DNA from: Squalus acanthias
Taxonomy: Eukaryota
Length of the DNA stretch: 64,000 bases
Direction of reading: 5' to 3'
NCBI GenBank assembly: GCA_030390025.1
Contig: CM059433.1
Span: 137,144,001-137,208,000 of the forward strand
Part shown: positions 1 to 11,774 of the stretch, in pieces
Layout: each line of letters starts with the position of its first letter
Numbering within the stretch: the first letter of the stretch is position 1
The notes under the pieces: generated by a model
What the model saw: only the letters and a program-made list of their open reading frames with translations
What the model was told of the DNA's origin: nothing
Databases searched by the model: none
Position numbers and translations under genes: made by a program

Positions 1-27
1 TTGCACCAATTCGTCCTGCACATTTCT
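1..27 (-). CDS. DNAH8: Axonemal dynein heavy chain exon, first 9 codons (runs off the window)
   Basis: Acceptor ...cttaacag| then AGA AAT GTG CAG GAC GAA TTG GTG CAA = RNVQDELVQ, phase 0; continues the 23685-23789 exon and matches the recalled DNAH8 segment VSVQEDLVQ. Confidence 0.8.
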
Positions 28-654
28 CTGTTAAGACAAGTAATTACAACACAGGATCAAACAAGTTCTACTGCCAGGTCTTGCAATGTCTTAGTGTTGG
101 CGAATAATTTGACCTGGCTAGTCAAATAAACACTCAAAATTGTAAAGGCTAGTGAAACAGAGTGATAATTTTTGCTGTGAAAACTGAAAGAATCTATTGG
201 TAGTACAGCTTGGAATCTACAAAAAGTAGTTGACCAAATCCAGCAATAAACTTTGGTGGAATACGAGAGGTAATTATACAAGAATGCGCAATGTATCTAA
301 TATATATTTATTATAGTTGATGTAAGAAAACTACTAGGCACTTGGTCTAAGTGTTAAACAAAGCTTTAATCAACTGTTTTTCAACATGGAGATCTAGTTG
401 TGTCCTTCTCTAGTTCCTGTTAAGGAATGTCCTAAGCAAGCTGGGCCCATGCCCGAGTATTTATACTCTCCCTGGACAGCGCCACCAGCAGGCCACCCAG
501 TATTACTTCATACATGAATGACAAGATTCATGTCAATAGTTATGGTACATAGAGTGTAAGTGACAATATTTCAGTTACATATATAGTATATATATTTGGT
601 TTGAGCCATGGAGCACAAAACACTACCACCAGTGCTCCTCAATGGCTCAGCATT

Positions 655-1622
655 TTTTATTGTTTCACGGGTGTCACTGGCTAGGCCAGCATTTTTTGCC
701 CATTCCTAATTGCCCTTGAAAAGGTGGTGGTGAGCTGCCTTCTTGAGCCGCTGCAGTCCGTGAGTTGAAGGTACTCCCATAGCGCTGTTAGGTAGGGAGT
801 TCCAGGATTTTGACCAAGTGACGATGATGGAACAGCGATATATTTCCAAGTCAGGATGATATGTGAATTGCAAGGGAATTTGGAGGTGGTGGCGTTTCCA
901 TGCACCTGCTGCCCTTGTCCTTCTAGGTAGAAGTCACAGGTTTGGGAGGTGCTGCCGAAGAAGCCTTGGCGAATTGCTGCAGTACATCTAGTAGATGGTA
1001 CATACTGCAGCCCCAATGCACAAGTGGTACAGTCAGTGAATGTTTAAGGTAGTGGATGGGGTGCCAAACAAGTGGGCTGCTTGGTCCTGGATGGTGTTGA
1101 GCTTCTTGAGTATTGTTGGAGCTGCACTCATCCAGGCAAGTGCAGAGTATTCCATCACACTACTGACTTGTGCCTTGTAGATGGTGCAAAGGAATTGAGG
1201 AGTCAGGAGGTGAGTCACTCACTGCAGAAGACCCAGCCTCTGACCTGCTCTTGCAGCCACAGTATTTATGTGGCTGGTCCAGTTAAGTTTCTGGTCAATG
1301 GTAACACCCAGGATGATGACGGTGGGACATTCGACAATGGTAATGCCATTGAATGTCAAGGGACGGTGGTTATACTTTCTCATGCTGGAGATGGTCATTG
1401 CCTGGCACTTGTGTGTTACTTGCCACTTATCAGCACAAGCCTGAATGTTGTCCAGGTCTTGCTGCATGTGTGCATGGACTAAGGAGTTGCAAATGGAACT
1501 GAACACTGAGCAATCATCAATGAACACCTCCACTTCTGACCCTATGATGGAGGGAAGGTCATTGATGAAGCAGCTGAAGATGGTTGGGCCTAGGACAGTG
1601 CCCTGAGCAACTCCTACAGCAA
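655..1622 (-). mobile_element. 3' fragment of CR1-group LINE 'family B'; continues at ~10331-10467 after a nested insertion block
   Basis: RT motifs GV.QG.VLGP.IF / F.DD and YSxLAWMSAAPT; 3' UTR shared with copies at 21140, 38582 and 58690; caat repeated at both junctions. Confidence 0.85.
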
Positions 1623-4600
1623 TCATAGAATCATAGAAATTTACGGCACAGAAGGAGGCCTTTCGGTCCATCGTGTCAGTGCCGGCCGAAAAAGAGCTAC
1701 CCAGACTAATCCTACTTTCCAGCTTTTGGTCCGTAGCCTTGTAAGTTACAGAACTTCAGGTGCATATCCAAGTAGTTTTTAAATGTGATGAGGGTTTCTG
1801 GCTCTACCACCCTTTCAGGCAGTGAATTCCAGACCCCCACCTTCCTCTGGGCGAAAAAAGTGCTCCTCAACTCCCCCTAATCCTTCTACCAATTACTTTA
1901 AATCTATGCCCCCTAATTATTGACCTCTCTGCTAAGGAAAATAGGTCCTTCTTATCCACTCTATCTAGGCCCCTCATAATTTTATACACCTCAATCAAGT
2001 CTCCCCTCAGCCTCCTCTGTTCCAAAGAAAACAACCCCAGCCTATCCATTCTTTCTTTATAGCTAAAATGCTCCAGTCCTGGCAACATCCTCGTAAATCT
2101 CCTCTGTACCCTCTCTCATGCAATCACATCTTTCCTATAATGTGGTGACCAGAACTGTACGCAGTACTCTAGCTGGTGTTTTATACAGTTCTAGCATAAC
2201 CAAAAACACAATTTCTAAATTTGCAGACGACACCAAATTGGGGGGGATAGCCAATGCTTAGGAGGATTGCAACAAATTACAATAAGACATTAAAAAACTT
2301 GCAGAATGGGCATAAAATTGGCAAATGAAATTCAACACAGATAAATGTGAGGTATTACATTTTGGTAAGAAAAATAGGGAGGTCACATATTACTTGGAAA
2401 ATAAGAATCTAAATAGGGTAGAGGAACAAAGGGATCTCGGAGTACAAATACACAAATCACAAAGTATTGACACAAGTTAACAAGGCCATAAAAAAAGCAA
2501 ACCAAGCACTAGGGTTTATTTCTGGAGGCATAGAATTGAAAAGTAGTGAAGTTATGCTAAACCTGTATCGAACTTTGGTTAGACCACACTTGGAGTACTG
2601 CGTGCAATTGTGGTCGCCATATTATTAAAAAGGATATAGAGGCACTGGAGAGGGTGCAGAGAAGATTTACAAGGATGATACCAGAAATGCGAGGGTACAT
2701 CTATCAGGAAAGGATGAACAGGCTGGGTCTCTTTTCTTTTGAAAAGAGAAGGCTGAGGGGTGACCTAATAGAGGTCTTTAAAATCATGAAAAGTTTTGAT
2801 AGAGTAGATACAGAGGGAATGTTTCCACTTGTGAGGAAGAGCAAAACTAAAGGCCATCAATATAAGATAGTCACCAAAAAATCAAATAGGGAATTCAGAA
2901 GAAACTTCTTTACCCAAAGAGTGGTGAGAATGTGGAACTCACTACCACAGGAAGTAGTTGAAGCGAATAGTATAGATGCATTCAAGGGACGGTTAGATAA
3001 GCATATGAGGGAGAAGGGAATAGAGGGTTATGCTGATAGGGTTAGATGAAAGACGGGAGGAGGCTTGAGTGGAGCATAAACACCGGCATAGACTGGTTGG
3101 ATATACAGCACAGAATGGCCTGTTTCTGTGCTGGATATCCTATGTAATCCTATGTAATGTAAAACCTCTCTGCTCTTATATTCTATGCCTCGGCTAATAA
3201 AGGAAAGTGTCCTGTCTGCCTTCTTAACCACCTTATCTACCTGTCCTGCTACCTTCAGGGATCTGTGGACATGTACTCCAAGGACGCTCTGTTCCTCTAC
3301 ACTTCTCAGTATCCTACCATTTATTCTGTATTCCCTTGACTTGTTAGCCCTCCCCAAATGCATTACCTCACACTTCTCCAGATTGAAATCCATTTGCGAC
3401 TTATTCCATTGATATCATCCTGCACTCTACAGCTTTCTTCCTCAACCACACGGCCAGTTTTTGTATTATCTGCAAACTTCTTACATTGAAGTCTAAATCA
3501 TTGATGCATACCACAAAAAGCAAGGGACCTCTTACAGAACCCCAATGGAAACAGCCTTCCAGTCACAAAAACACTTGTTGATCATTACCCTTTGCTTCCT
3601 GCCACTGAGCCAATTTTTGATCCAACTTGCCATTTTCCCTTGAATCCCATGGGCTTTTACTTTTCTGACCAGGCTGCCATGTGGGACCTTGTCAAAAGCC
3701 TTGCTAATATCCATGTAGACTACATCAAACATGCTACTCTCATCGACCCTCCTTGTTACCTCCCCAAAAATTCATTCAAGTTAGTCAGACACGGCCTTCC
3801 CTTAACAAATCCATGCTGACTGGCCTTGATTAATCCGCGCCTTTCTAAATGACGAATAATACTGTCCCTCAGAATTTTTTCCAATAATTTGCCCACCACC
3901 GAGGTTAGGCTGACTGGCCCGTAATTACTTGGTCTATCCCTTTCTCCTTTTTAAACAACACTACAACATTAGCAGTCCTCCAGCACCACGCCTGTAGCCA
4001 GGGAGGATTGGAAAATGATGGTCAGAGCTTCTGCTATTTCCTCCCTTGTTTCTCTTAACAGCCTGGAATACATTTCATCCGGGTCTGCCGAATTATCTAC
4101 TTTCAAAGATGCTAAACCCCTTAATATTTCCTCTCTCACTATAGATATCTCATCTAATATTTCACACTCCTCCTCCTTAACTATAATGTCTGCATCGTCC
4201 CTCTCTTTTGTGAAGACAGGCGCAAAATATTCATTAAGTACCATAGCCACATCTTCCGCCTCCACACACGGGTTACCTTTTTGGTCTCTACTAGGCCCTA
4301 CTCTTTCTTTAGTTATCCTCTTGCTCTTTATGTATTTATAAAACATCTTTGGATTTTCCTTGATTTTACTTACCAATTTTTTTCATGCCCTCTCTTTGCT
4401 TTCCTAATTTCCTTTTTAATTTCCCCCCTGCACTTTCTATACTCCTCTAGGTTTTCTGCAGTATTTATTTCTCGGTATCTGAGATAAACTTCCCTTTTTG
4501 GCCTAATCCTACCCCTTGACATCCAGGGATTTGTGAGTCACACCCTTTTTCTTTGTGGGAACATATTTGCTCTGAACCCTCACTAACTCCTCCTTGAATG

Positions 4601-4754
4601 CCTCCCACTGCTATGACTGATTTACCTTCATGTAGCTGTTTCCAGTCTACTTTTACTAAATCACATCTCAGCTTAGTAAAATTGGCCTTTCCCCAATTGA
4701 AGACTTTTACTCCTGAGCTATCTTTGTCCTTTTCCATAACTACGCCAAATCTAA
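1623..4754 (-). mobile_element. CR1 LINE ORF2 pseudogene with (catagaat)n tail; interrupted at 2200-3160; continues at ~9873-10330
   Basis: RLGLFSLEQRRLRGDLIEVYKI, KAFDKVPH, FYKYIKSKR and YRPPN motifs across several broken ORFs. Confidence 0.9.
2200..3160 (+). mobile_element. CR1 LINE 3' fragment nested in another CR1
   Basis: KFADDTKLGG...RRLRGDLIEVFKI...FFTQRVVRMWNSLP; tail (atcctatgta)n. Confidence 0.88.
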
Positions 4755-5974
4755 CGGAAGAGGATACAAATAACTTCCCAGAAATGCTAGGGAACCAAGG
4801 GTCTACTGAGAAGGAGGAATTAAAGGAAATTAGTATTAGTAAAAAAATAGTGCTGGAGAAATTAATGGGACTGAAAGCCGATAAATCCCTAGGGCCTGAT
4901 AATTAGCATCCCAGAGTACTAAAAGAGGTAGCCATGGAAATAGTGGATGCATTGGTTGTCATTTTCCAAAATTCTATAGATTATGGAACAGTTCCTGCAG
5001 ATTGGAGGGTGGCAAATGTAACCCCAGTATTTAAAAAAGGACGGAGAGAGAAAACAGGGAACTACAGACCGGTTAGCCTAACATCAGTAGTGGGGAAAAT
5101 GCTCGAGTCTATGATAAAGGATGTGATAACAGGACACTTAGAAAATATCAACGGGATTAGACAAAGTCAACATGGATTTATGAAAGGGAAATCGTGTTTG
5201 ACAAACCTACTGGAGTTTTTTGAGGATGTAACTGGTAGAATGGATAAGGGAGAACCAGTGGATGTGGTGTATTTGGATTTTCAGAAGGCCTTTGATAAAG
5301 TCCCACATAAGAGGTTAGTGTGCAAAATTAAAGCACATAGGATTGGGGGTAATATACTGGCATGGATTGAAAATTGGTTAAGAGACAGGAAACAGAGAGT
5401 AGGAATAAATGGGTCTTTTTCAGGGTGGCAGGCGGTGACTAGTGGGGTACCGCAGGGATCAGTGCTTGGGCCCCAGCTATTCACAATATATATCAATAAT
5501 TTGGATGAGGGAACCAAATGTAATATTTCCAAGTTTGCTGACGACACAAAACTAGGTGGGATTGTGAGTTGTGAGGAGGATGCAAAGAGGCTTCAAGGCA
5601 ATTTAGACAAGTTGAGTGAGTGGGCAAATATATGACAGATGCAGTATAACATGGATAAATGTGAAGTTATCCACTTCGGTAGGAAAAACAGAAAGGCAGA
5701 GTATTATTTAAATGGTGGTAGATTGGGAAATGTTGATGTACAAAGGGACCTGGGTGTCCTTGTACACCAGTCACTGAAAGCAAACATGCAGGTGCAGCAA
5801 GCAGTTATGAAGGCAAATGGTATGTTGGCCTTCATTGCAAGAGGATTTGAGTACAGGAGCAAGGATGTCTTACTACAGTTATACAGGGCCTTAGTGAGAC
5901 CACACCTGAAATACAGTGTGCAGTTTTGGTCTCCTTACCTAAGAAAGGATATGTAGAATTCGCAATATATCGCC

Positions 5975-7168
5975 ATGACTCTCCATTTAAAGGAAATTAT
6001 AGCAGAGTTAGAGAAACATGCAAAGACGGTAAATGCCCTGATTTGGGAAGATCGGAATGCATCCGATCAAGCTGCGCAGAATGAGGTGTGCGTGCTTTAC
6101 GGGGCGTGGTTACTGGGCGAGGGCCGCAGTAATTTGGAGGATTTAAAACAAGGTTTGGTCCCGTCCTGGATAAGTAACAAACACCTGCGGGCGCTCCACC
6201 CTTTTCAGAACGCATTAAGCCCGTGCCAGCTCAGGCTAGCTTCAGAAGCATACCCAGTCCCCGTGGACTGTGGACGATCAAACCATACTATCATGGGTAT
6301 AGTACTACGTATGCCGGTTTTGGGCGACACAGCAAAGCCCGCCCCGGTGTATCGGGTAGAGAACATTGGTGTCATTCAGGGGGGAGCCCATATTCGCTAT
6401 GCAGCGGTTCCACCTTACGTCATCCGCTGGGAGCAAACGATGACAGGTACAGATCTCTCTGGTTGTCGTGGCAGGGGAGCACACATAATACTGTGTCCCC
6501 AGCACTTGAATGCCTTTTTAACACCACAGTGCGGGTTCAGAACGGCTGGCGCCAAGTCCATGAATTGCACCATGGAGGCAATGGCACAAGATCATGTGCC
6601 TCCGCAGGTAGCATACATCGGGGGTGGAACATATTGTGTTACCACTGCAGCGCAACACTACCAGCATGGAAACCGTAGCCGGTGTCCGGTGAGTGACAGC
6701 AGTTTCTGTTTCAAACCCAGGGCGGAAGTTCAAGTAGCACAACAGCGAATTGTCCCAATCCCTGAACCATCCACTGTTCATCTGACAGTAAAAGAGAATT
6801 TCACCGACTTGCAGCGATTCGTCGCGCATTTCGGATACCTCATTCCCCCTCTCCCTGAACACCTCACCAAGCTTTTAAAAGCCGTCACGGTGTCACAAAA
6901 ACATTTTTACACACTAGAGCAGAAAACTGTCGAGATAGGGACCGACATTCTGGATATAGTAATTCCACCGTGGTGGAATCTGTTCACCAATATTGAAGTA
7001 CCTTCATGGATCAGAATAGCCTCCTACATTTTAGTTGTATGCCAAGTTTTTATTGTAGTGTACCTATTGGTCGTACATTGTAAGAGAGGCAAACGCCTCA
7101 CCAAGCACGAAAACACGGGAGAGTGGCGAGAACGTTACGTGCGCGTGCACGATGAAAGCACCGTGTGA
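5975..7168 (+). CDS. N-terminally truncated envelope glycoprotein, class I F-type (paramyxovirus F / lokiretrovirus Env-like)
   Basis: 397 open codons; Cys-rich block MPVL...VYRVENIG...VPPYVI...DLSGC...ILCPQ...QC...NC; five N-x-S/T sequons; Trp-rich juxtamembrane segment; TM IASYILVVCQVFIVVYLLVVHC; short tail; located just upstream of PPT and LTR. Confidence 0.8.
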   Translation: MTLHLKEIIAELEKHAKTVNALIWEDRNASDQAAQNEVCVLYGAWLLGEGRSNLEDLKQGLVPSWISNKHLRALHPFQNALSPCQLRLASEAYPVPVDCGRSNHTIMGIVLRMPVLGDTAKPAPVYRVENIGVIQGGAHIRYAAVPPYVIRWEQTMTGTDLSGCRGRGAHIILCPQHLNAFLTPQCGFRTAGAKSMNCTMEAMAQDHVPPQVAYIGGGTYCVTTAAQHYQHGNRSRCPVSDSSFCFKPRAEVQVAQQRIVPIPEPSTVHLTVKENFTDLQRFVAHFGYLIPPLPEHLTKLLKAVTVSQKHFYTLEQKTVEIGTDILDIVIPPWWNLFTNIEVPSWIRIASYILVVCQVFIVVYLLVVHCKRGKRLTKHENTGEWRERYVRVHDESTV

Positions 7169-7614
7169 TCGGAAAATGGCGTCACTCCCGCTTGCCACGT
7201 GCGCTGCGGAAGTTTGTACTCGATCATGATTTTTCGGAAACTGTAAATACGTTTGGAACTCGACATGTTTTAAGAGTTGGTGTTGATTATTTTGGTGATG
7301 GTGTTGTAGTTAAAAATGATTGTTTGGTTTTGTTTTCTTTTTCTTTTCCCTAAATAAAAATATGAATATACAGGTGATACGAGAGGCATCGGCCTGGTTA
7401 CACCTGGAAGGAAAACAAGTGGTGTAAGTTTAAAGGCAAATGATGCCTACGGTGATATAAAGTGTAATTTTCTTGGGAAATAAGGACGACGCAAAGACCC
7501 TAGATAGTTTAAGTTATGGGATTAATTTTCTGGATCTGGAGAAATCGAGATAATATTGCTCACCACAATATTTTTGATACGATAAGCGGAGTTATTCGCA
7601 TCAACAGGAGGGAC

Positions 7615-9344
7615 TGTAGAATTCGCAATATATCGCGATTTTATTAATAAGGAGAAGAACACATAGTTTCGTTCAAACAGCTTTTATTTCAGCAGAATGC
7701 TGTCAGGTTTTCAAAGTGGACATAAGCAGCTTGTAAAATGGCCGCCGCGCCTCGTGGCAGAACATTCTAGACTTTTCAACAGGCAGACAAGATGGCGTTC
7801 CAGTAAACATTTGTGCAAGATCGATTAAGACTCAGCACATTGAAGATAATACACGAGACATCATGGGTTCACAGTATACACATAAATACTGAAATCGGTC
7901 TCCCAGGTGCGAATGAGGGCTGTTGTACCAAGTAATCAAGAACCCATCCAAAGACATTAATATGTAAAATCCCAACGACCCTACGATGAGAGAGCCGTTA
8001 GCGGGTAGTTACAGAAAACACTTGGAAGCCCAAAACCCCTCCAGGGAGAACACCGACCGATTAAACAATGGGAGAAATATTAACAGGTACTCAGACATTT
8101 ACGAGTAGCCCCGAAACCCATTAAAACGAAGATCACCCTATACAAGACATTTGAGCGCCAAACCCTAACAAAAGAAAAGACATTAAGGTTGGGCGGGAAA
8201 CGGAAGATTTTGCACTATAATTACAAGCTCCAAACCGTCCATCTTTCTCTTGACTCTTGACTCTTATTCGGTTGACTCTTATCTTGCTGGTGTTTATCCT
8301 CGTGGCTGCTCTTGACTCGCCGTCTTGTTCCTGCTTGCCTCGTGTCTCTTTTCAAAAGACTGTTGAACTTTACGATCCGCTCGAATCTACCTCGTGTCGT
8401 GTCGCGAAGACCTGTGTAGAACTGGGCTCTGAAGCCTTGAAGCGGGCGCACCATCCCGATAAGTCGGTAAACGGTGTTGGAACCGAAGGCCCGAGATGAG
8501 ATGAGATGAGATGAGATGAGATGAGATGAGATGAAAAGAGAAGAAGACCATACTTATCGCCACGGTCAGTAAGCTCCGACCGCGCCTGTAAGTCGAATAG
8601 ACATTTTCCTTGCCAGGAAGACTTCTTCGAGTTTTACAGAACTGACAGGAAGACTATTTTTCGAATTTTATCGAACCCGTGCGAGGGCACAGGAAGACTC
8701 TTTTTTTGAGTATAGTCGGAACTCCGAGGACAACACAGATCTTCATGACAGCAGACGTTCCAGCCTGCTAGCCGGAGCAGAAACGAGTAAACAAGTGGGG
8801 CCAGGAGACCCCCTGATCGACACGTGGGCGCTGCAGTGAAAAACATCCGATCAGAGTTTTCGGAATTCTCCGAGTTATCACGAGTGGTGAGCATGAGTCT
8901 CGAATCCTACGAATCTAGCTTAGGACAGATATTGATAGGGGAGGGTTTTAAGTATTAAGGATAATTGTAATGTGTGCCCCCATTTACGATGTGTCGTTCG
9001 TTCCTCGTTTCCCCGAAATTAGTTACATAACTGCGTGTAAGATTGTACTGTCATTAATCTGTGCTTATGGCATGTGTTTCGTAATCTTAAATATTATGCA
9101 ATAAAGATTTTCCATTTCGTACCATTCAACCGAGTCTACCTGAGTTTCATCTCCATTACTGCTCTCGCATCTAAGTCCAGTGTCTAGAACCGTAAGGGCG
9201 AGTGGGTCGAACCACTCACAGGTGTGTCTAGTGCTCCCAGACTGGCTGGAGACCAGAACAGGCAACAAGGCCTAAACCCGCACTAGCACCCGGGCTGCAC
9301 AGAGCCACGCGAATCTCACAGGCTGAGAGACAAAAACCCTTACA
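7615..9344 (+). repeat. 3' LTR (1730 bp)
   Basis: TGTA...TACA termini; GC box 8191, TATAA 8216, (GAGAT)8 at 8493-8532, AATAAA 9100; homologous to 15847-17485. Confidence 0.92.
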
Positions 9345-10929
9345 GATATACTTGCCATAGAGGGAGTGCAGCGAAGGTTCACCAGACTGATTCCTGGGAT
9401 GGCAGGACTGTCGTATAAGGAGAGATTGGGTCGACTAGGCCTGTATTCACTTGAGTTTAGAAGAATGAGAGGGGATCTCATTGAAACGTATAAAATTCTG
9501 ACAGGGCTAGACAGACTGGATGCAGGGAGGATGTTTCCCCTGACTGGGGGGTCTAGAACGAGAGGTCACAGTCTCAGGATACGGGGTAGGACATTTAGGA
9601 CTGAGATGAGGAGAAATTTCTTCACTCAGAGGGTGGTGAACCTGTGGAATTCTCTACCACAGAAGGCTGTGGAGGCCAAGTCACTGAATATATTTATGAA
9701 GGAGATAGATAGATTTCTAGACACAAAAGGCATCAAGGGGTATGGGGAGAGAGCGGGAATATGGTATTGAGATAGAGGATCAGCCATGATCATATTGAAT
9801 GTCGGAGCAGTCTCGAAGGGCCGAATGGCCTACTCTTGCTCCTATTTTTCTACGTTTCTATGTTCTATGTTTCTAACTGAATTATGATCACTACCACTAA
9901 AATGCTCTCCCACTGATACCCCTTCCACCTGCCCAGCTTAATTCCTTAAAACTAAGTTCAGAAACGCTCGTTCTCCTGTTGGGCTTGCTACCTACTGGCT
10001 AAAAAAAATTCTCCTGAATGCATTGTAAGAAGACTGCACCCTCTATACCTTTTACACTGATTCTATCCCAGTTAATATTAGGGTAGTTGAAATCCCTTAC
10101 TATTACTGCCCTATTGTTTTTGCACTTCTCAGAAATTTGCCTATATATTTGCTCTTCTATTTCCCTCTGAATATTTGGGGGTCTATAGTACACACCCAGC
10201 AGTGCGATTGCCCCTTTTTTGTTATTCAGTTCAACCCATATGGCCTCATTTGAAATATCATCCATCCCTCAGCTGTATTTGTTTCTTTAACCAGTATTGC
10301 GAACCCCCCTTCCTTTTTTATCCCCTTCTCAATGTCCTGGGGCTGAAATGATTGGCCTCCAACAACCACAACCATCTTCCTTTGTGCCAGTGGAGATCTT
10401 CCCTCTGATTCCAATTGACTACAATTTTATTAGGGCTCCTTGATGCCACACTCGGTCAAATGCTGCAGCCTGCTTCCTGCTGGTAGACGTCAACTCTCCC
10501 TATCTTTGTTCTGCGCTGCCATTAAGGTAAGTGGCTATGGCGAAGTAGGAAGATCGGACGTCCAGTGAGCGTTGCACACTCACTGACATCACGATTTCCA
10601 TGATGGCGAGGTCCCAGGCGATCGAGTTTACCGGCAGCGCTACCAGCAACACCGATATGGCGCGCGGTGCTGGAAGCGGCATCAGCTGTCGTTACAGCTG
10701 TCAACGGCATTTTAGTGCCATCTTGTGGTGCTAACGTGCAGTACAAACCACATGAATTTTCCCCCCTTGGTGTGGGCCATGTTCAGCAAACGATATTTAG
10801 ACACAGTGGGGTAGAAATTGGTATGCGTGTCACCCGCTTTTTGGGCATAAAATAGGCGCAATGTATACTAACGTCTGGGCACAAGGTCCTGCACTTAATC
10901 TGCACCGGTGGCATGCCCATCACAAATTA

Positions 10930-11695
10930 TATAGTATTACTTAGTAGTATTACATAGTATTTACAGCACAGAAATAGGCTATTCGGCCAACAGGTCCATT
11001 CTGGTGTTTACGCTTCACACGAGCCTCCTCCCACCCTTCTTCATCTAAACCCATCAAAGTATCCTTCTATTCATTTCTCCCTCACGTTCACCATTTACAT
11101 AAATGATTTGGACTCGGGAATCGGAAGTAAAAATTTGAAATTTACGGACGACACTAAATTGGGGGTGTAGTTAATACAGAGGAGGGCTGCTACCTTCCCC
11201 TCAAATGCAGCTATGCTAGTTGCCTCAACTATTCCCTGTGGTAGTGAGATCCACATTCAAACCACTTTCTGGGTAAAGAAGTTTCTCCTGAATTCCCTAT
11301 TGGATTAATTAGTGACTATCTTATATTTATGGACCCTAGTTCTGGTCTCTCCTGCAAGTGGAAATATCTGCTCTGCGTCTACCCTTTCATAATCTTAAAG
11401 ACCTCCAACAAGTCACCCCTCAGTCTTCCCTTTTCTAGAAAAAAAGAGTCCCAGCCTGTTCAGTCTTTCCTGATAGGTATAATCTCTCAATTCTGGTATC
11501 ATCCTAGTAAACCTTTTTTGCACCTTCTCCAGTGCCTCTGTATTCTTTTTATAATATGGAGACCAGAACTGTTCACAGTACTCCAAATGCAATCTAATCA
11601 AGGTTCCATACAAGTTTAACACAAATTCTCTTCTTTTCAATTCTATCCCTCTGAAAATGAACCCCAGTGTTTTGTTTGCTTTTTTATGGCCTTAT
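10930..11695 (-). mobile_element. CR1 LINE 3' fragment (small + strand CR1 piece at ~11085-11190)
   Basis: LEYCEQFWSP...EKVQKRFTRMIP...RLGLF. Confidence 0.8.
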
Positions 11696-11774
11696 GATGG
11701 CGCTGGATTTGCTGAATTCCTTCAAGCGAGAGCGGGACCTGTTTCTGGCTGGGGCGGAGATCACCTCTTACAGA

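Larger units (their letters stand above)
5952..9344 (+). mobile_element. Internally deleted LTR retroelement/endogenous retrovirus: 22-bp 5' LTR stub, env, PPT, full 3' LTR
   Basis: Begins TGTAGAATTCGCAATATATCGC (identical to the LTR start at 7615), ends CCCTTACA; 4-bp TSD GATA (5948-5951 / 9345-9348); purine tract aacaggagggac at 7603-7614. Confidence 0.92.
4755..9872 (+). mobile_element. CR1 LINE (RT to 3' end), split by an LTR element at 5952-9344
   Basis: [35 protein letters not shown]; QFWSPYLRKD|ILAIEGVQRRF joins across the insertion; (ctatgttt)n tail; candidate TSD tctaac. Confidence 0.92.

Noticed and set aside
8257-8499. Signal-peptide-like 80-aa ORF inside the LTR
   Set aside because: Starts at TTG, and the frame is not preserved in the solo LTR, which has indels and a replaced block.
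9065-9268. Antisense 67-aa ORF present in both LTRs (also 17196-17399)
   Set aside because: Non-ATG start; the differences between copies mostly change amino acids, so conservation reflects nucleotide identity only.
10713-10728. CTCF-like motif (also ~478-495 and ~22387-22401 near the RSS)
   Set aside because: Short motif matches, mostly in repeat-derived sequence, cannot be supported without binding data.
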